This document shows, piece by piece, positions 61,479-64,000 of a DNA stretch of 64,000 bases. The notes beneath the pieces were generated by a model. The model was given only the letters and a program-made list of their open reading frames with translations, did not search any database and was not told the DNA's origin. The DNA comes from an uncultured Gemmatimonadales bacterium (lineage in GTDB: Bacteria; Gemmatimonadota; Gemmatimonadetes; Gemmatimonadales; GWC2-71-9). The number at the start of each line of letters is the position of its first letter. Within the stretch, counting starts at the first letter, position 1. The stretch is taken from NCBI GenBank assembly GCA_963821525.1, contig CAWGED010000012.1:96001-160000 (forward strand), read 5' to 3'. Position numbers and translations under genes: made by a program.

Positions 61479-63405
61479 ATGTACCGTATCCGTTCGAGCT
61501 CAGGCGAAGAGGCGGTCTTCAAGACCCTCGAGGAGTTCAACGCGGCCGTTCGCAGCGGCATCATCGCTGCTGAAGACGAAATATTCCACTCGCGGGCCAA
61601 CAAGTGGCTCGACGTAAGGAGTCACCCTCACTACCGCTCCGCCCTCGGCTTGGGTGAGGAGAACGGGAACGGCCACGCTCCCCGTCTCACACCTCCGAGC
61701 AGTGCGAAACCTACCCTCAGTCCATTTGGTGTTCAGGCGGCACCGCCGTCCCTCTCGAAGCCGGCTCGCCAGCACTCGGGACAGCGGCCCGCGATCGGGA
61801 CTGCTCCCCGGCCCGATCTCGGGGATAGCCAGAAGCAACCTGCGCTGACGAGCTCGGGTGCTCGCCCCGCAGTGACCCAGGCGCGTCCCGCCCTGAACGG
61901 GCCGGCAACGGCACCGAAGCCGACGATCCCGTCGACCCCTGCGGCGGCTGCCACGAACTCGTCCATGGATGCCCAGCCGGTGGCGGCTCCGCAGAGCTCC
62001 CAGTCTCAGGCTGTCGCTCCTGCTGCGCCGGCAGAGCCGGCTCCTCCACCCAAGCCAAAGAAGAGCAAGGAACTGCTCTTCCTCGACGTGGAACTTCCCA
62101 AGCCCAAGCCAGCACCGAAGCCGGAACCAGCTCAGGATGAATTCCTCATCGCGGGCGATGGGATTGATAGCCCGATCCGCAATTCGAACGGGCATCGGAC
62201 CATGAACGACAGCGCGCCCGTCGAGGTCCTACCCCGCCCCGAACTAGCCCAGGAGAAGAAGGCTTCGGCCAAGCCCGCCGAGAACGGAGGGAACGTCTGG
62301 ACTCCGACTCTCGACCGCACTCCCTTCAGCAATATCGCGGTGCAGCCGAGTGTGCCAAAGCCGCGGGCCCACGTGGATCTCGAGGTGGAGGCACCGCGGG
62401 TCGAACCGGCCCAGCCTCCCGCCCCGATTCACCAGCGGCCGGAGAAGAGCAAGATGGGTTTCGTGGCGGGGGGCGTTGGCGCCCTGGCTTTGCTCGGCGT
62501 GGTCGCGTTCTGGAAGCCGTGGGCTTCGAATGGCTCGAAAACCGCCGTGACGACCGTAGCCACCGCTGCCGATCCCGCGACGACCGCTGGAAAACCGGCG
62601 AACGGCTCCCAGTTGGTTCAGACAGGAAGCGCGCAGAGCACGCCCAACGCCGGAAAACCGGGCGACGCAGCAGAATCCTGCGGCCGGGGCTGACAAGCCG
62701 ATTCCCGCTCCGGTTGACTCGGGGCAATCAGAACAGATCGTCGCGGCCGTGCGCCCCGATTTCCGCTCGGCGAAGCTCGACATGAGCGCTCCCAGCGTCG
62801 AAGTGGCCGCCATTACGAGCGGCGGATCGGGTGTCGCACCGAGTGAACTTACCCGCCGCTACGGTGCAGCCGCGACGGCAGTCCGCGAGGACCTCTACAG
62901 CAAGCTTATGGCGGCCGGCTTCATCCGGATCTTCTCCGCATCGCGCCTCTCCACGTCGGAGGGAATTACCGATGCGGCCTCGGCCTGGAGCGCCGGCTCG
63001 GAAGCCATCGCTCAGTACCGGACCCGGATTACGCGCATCGAGAAAGCCTACGACGACAGCGTCCTCGCCTCGCAGCGGTCGGGCAAGTGGCCGACCAACG
63101 AGATGCGCGCCTGGGCGGGACGGACCTCCTTCGTCGAGCCCACGGACCTGACGCAGGCATCCGACCTGATGTTCAAGCAGGTGAACGAGCTTCTCGCGTT
63201 GCTCGACAAGCAGCACGGGCAGTTCGAGGTCAAGGGAGGCGCCTTCGCCTTCAAGGACCTGAACGCCAAGCAGGAGTACAAGGCCAAGCGCATCTGGATT
63301 GCTCAGCGGATGGACTCCTGGTCAAGCACGCCGGAGAGCGCGAGGCCTCTGACCGTGACTCAAATCTTGAAGGCGCTGGGTGATGGGCTGCCCGGGGTCC
63401 AGTAG
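61479..63405 (+). CDS. hypothetical bitopic membrane protein (GYF_2-like N-terminus, Pro-rich linker, TM, helical C-terminal domain); frameshift near 62670
   Basis: compact N-terminal domain, long P/A-rich linker, TM GFVAGGVGALALLGVVAFW, continuation in ORF 62749-63405. Confidence 0.7.
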
Positions 63406-63414
63406 AGAGGCACA

Positions 63415-63432
63415 CAGCCGTCAGCCGTCAGC
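63415..63432 (+). repeat. short (CAGCCGT)n heptamer array
   Basis: cagccgt-cagccgt-cagc just after a stop codon; same family as 34974. Confidence 0.55.
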
Positions 63433-63516
63433 GATTCCAAAAACGATCGACCCTCCGAGTGCTTTCTGAGCATTCGGAGGGTCGACTGATTTTGGAGCAG
63501 CTTATGGCCTAAGGGC

Positions 63517-63810
63517 TCACAACCCACATGCTCGCAACAGCGGGCCGAGGGTGCGGTCCGCTCCTCGAAGAACAAAATCCGCGGTAATCGGGGTTTGGCC
63601 ACGCGGGGTTACTTGAACCGTAAAACGTTCTGCCTTGAGCAGCGTCTCGATGAACAGTTTCGCTTTGCCCAGAAAATAGAACGCTTTATGGTCGGCGCTG
63701 AACTGCGAGTCCAGCCTGACTGACCTATCGTCCACTCGAGTCGACGCCGCCGGCGACATTCGCCCCGAACGGACCCCCAATTGTGCGAAAGGAATTGCGC
63801 GCCCGGGCAT
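63517..63810 (-). CDS. C-terminal fragment resembling VasI/TagO-like exported proteins
   Basis: FIETLLKAERFTVQVTP...ITADFVLRG...LGPLLRACG; N-terminus not recoverable. Confidence 0.4.
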   Translation of the reverse strand: MPGRAIPFAQLGVRSGRMSPAASTRVDDRSVRLDSQFSADHKAFYFLGKAKLFIETLLKAERFTVQVTPRGQTPITADFVLRGADRTLGPLLRACGL

Positions 63811-64000
63811 GCCGGTTGCCCTCTGTGAGAGTGTCTAACTGGGGTCCGTCTCCGCGTCCCCCGGTAACTCTCTGAGACATGAGGCGATGGCATGCGGTCC
63901 CTCTACGCCCTCGGAATTGCATACACCGCGGTTTGCGGGGTGCTGGCGTATCGAGTCACTCGAGCGACGCCAGCTCCAACCCCCGCCCCCTCACCCGTGG

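Noticed and set aside
63517..63810. Type VI secretion locus
   Set aside because: Only a weak, fragmentary VasI/TagO-like resemblance; no T6SS genes in the window.

Overview
High-GC bacterial chromosomal window. The gene repertoire (SusC/SusD pair, PadR with a duplicated ABC permease, BTAD regulator, paired Ser/Thr kinases, BlaI/M56-HEAT) suggests Gemmatimonadota; this is inference. About 50 CDS are present: a GH20 hexosaminidase, a four-helix-bundle gene, a cyanophycin cluster (iadA-cphB-cphA plus a CphA paralog lacking the ATP-grasp domain), two paralogous Ser/Thr kinases, a stress-type region (ferritin-like, topoisomerase IB, DUF6496, DUF421), a hybrid kinase-kaiC-kaiB-kaiB-hybrid kinase operon, SusC/D, LytS/LytTR and NarX/NarL-type two-component pairs, sseA, a BTAD-AAA regulator next to two tiny lipoproteins, a BlaI-M56-HEAT operon and diaminopropionate ammonia-lyase. 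Many genes are broken by apparent single-base insertions, most likely sequencing errors. No rRNA, tRNA, CRISPR array or transposase was seen. The best non-coding signals are: (1) three copies of a structured leader RNA motif (CCUUGKCG-hairpin-AGWCGAAGGCG) that overlaps an intrinsic terminator, one of them in front of the kai operon; (2) period-7 tandem arrays of several sequence families, often in inverted pairs, one pair enclosing the four-helix-bundle gene; (3) 21-bp-phased direct-repeat operators at two separate loci.
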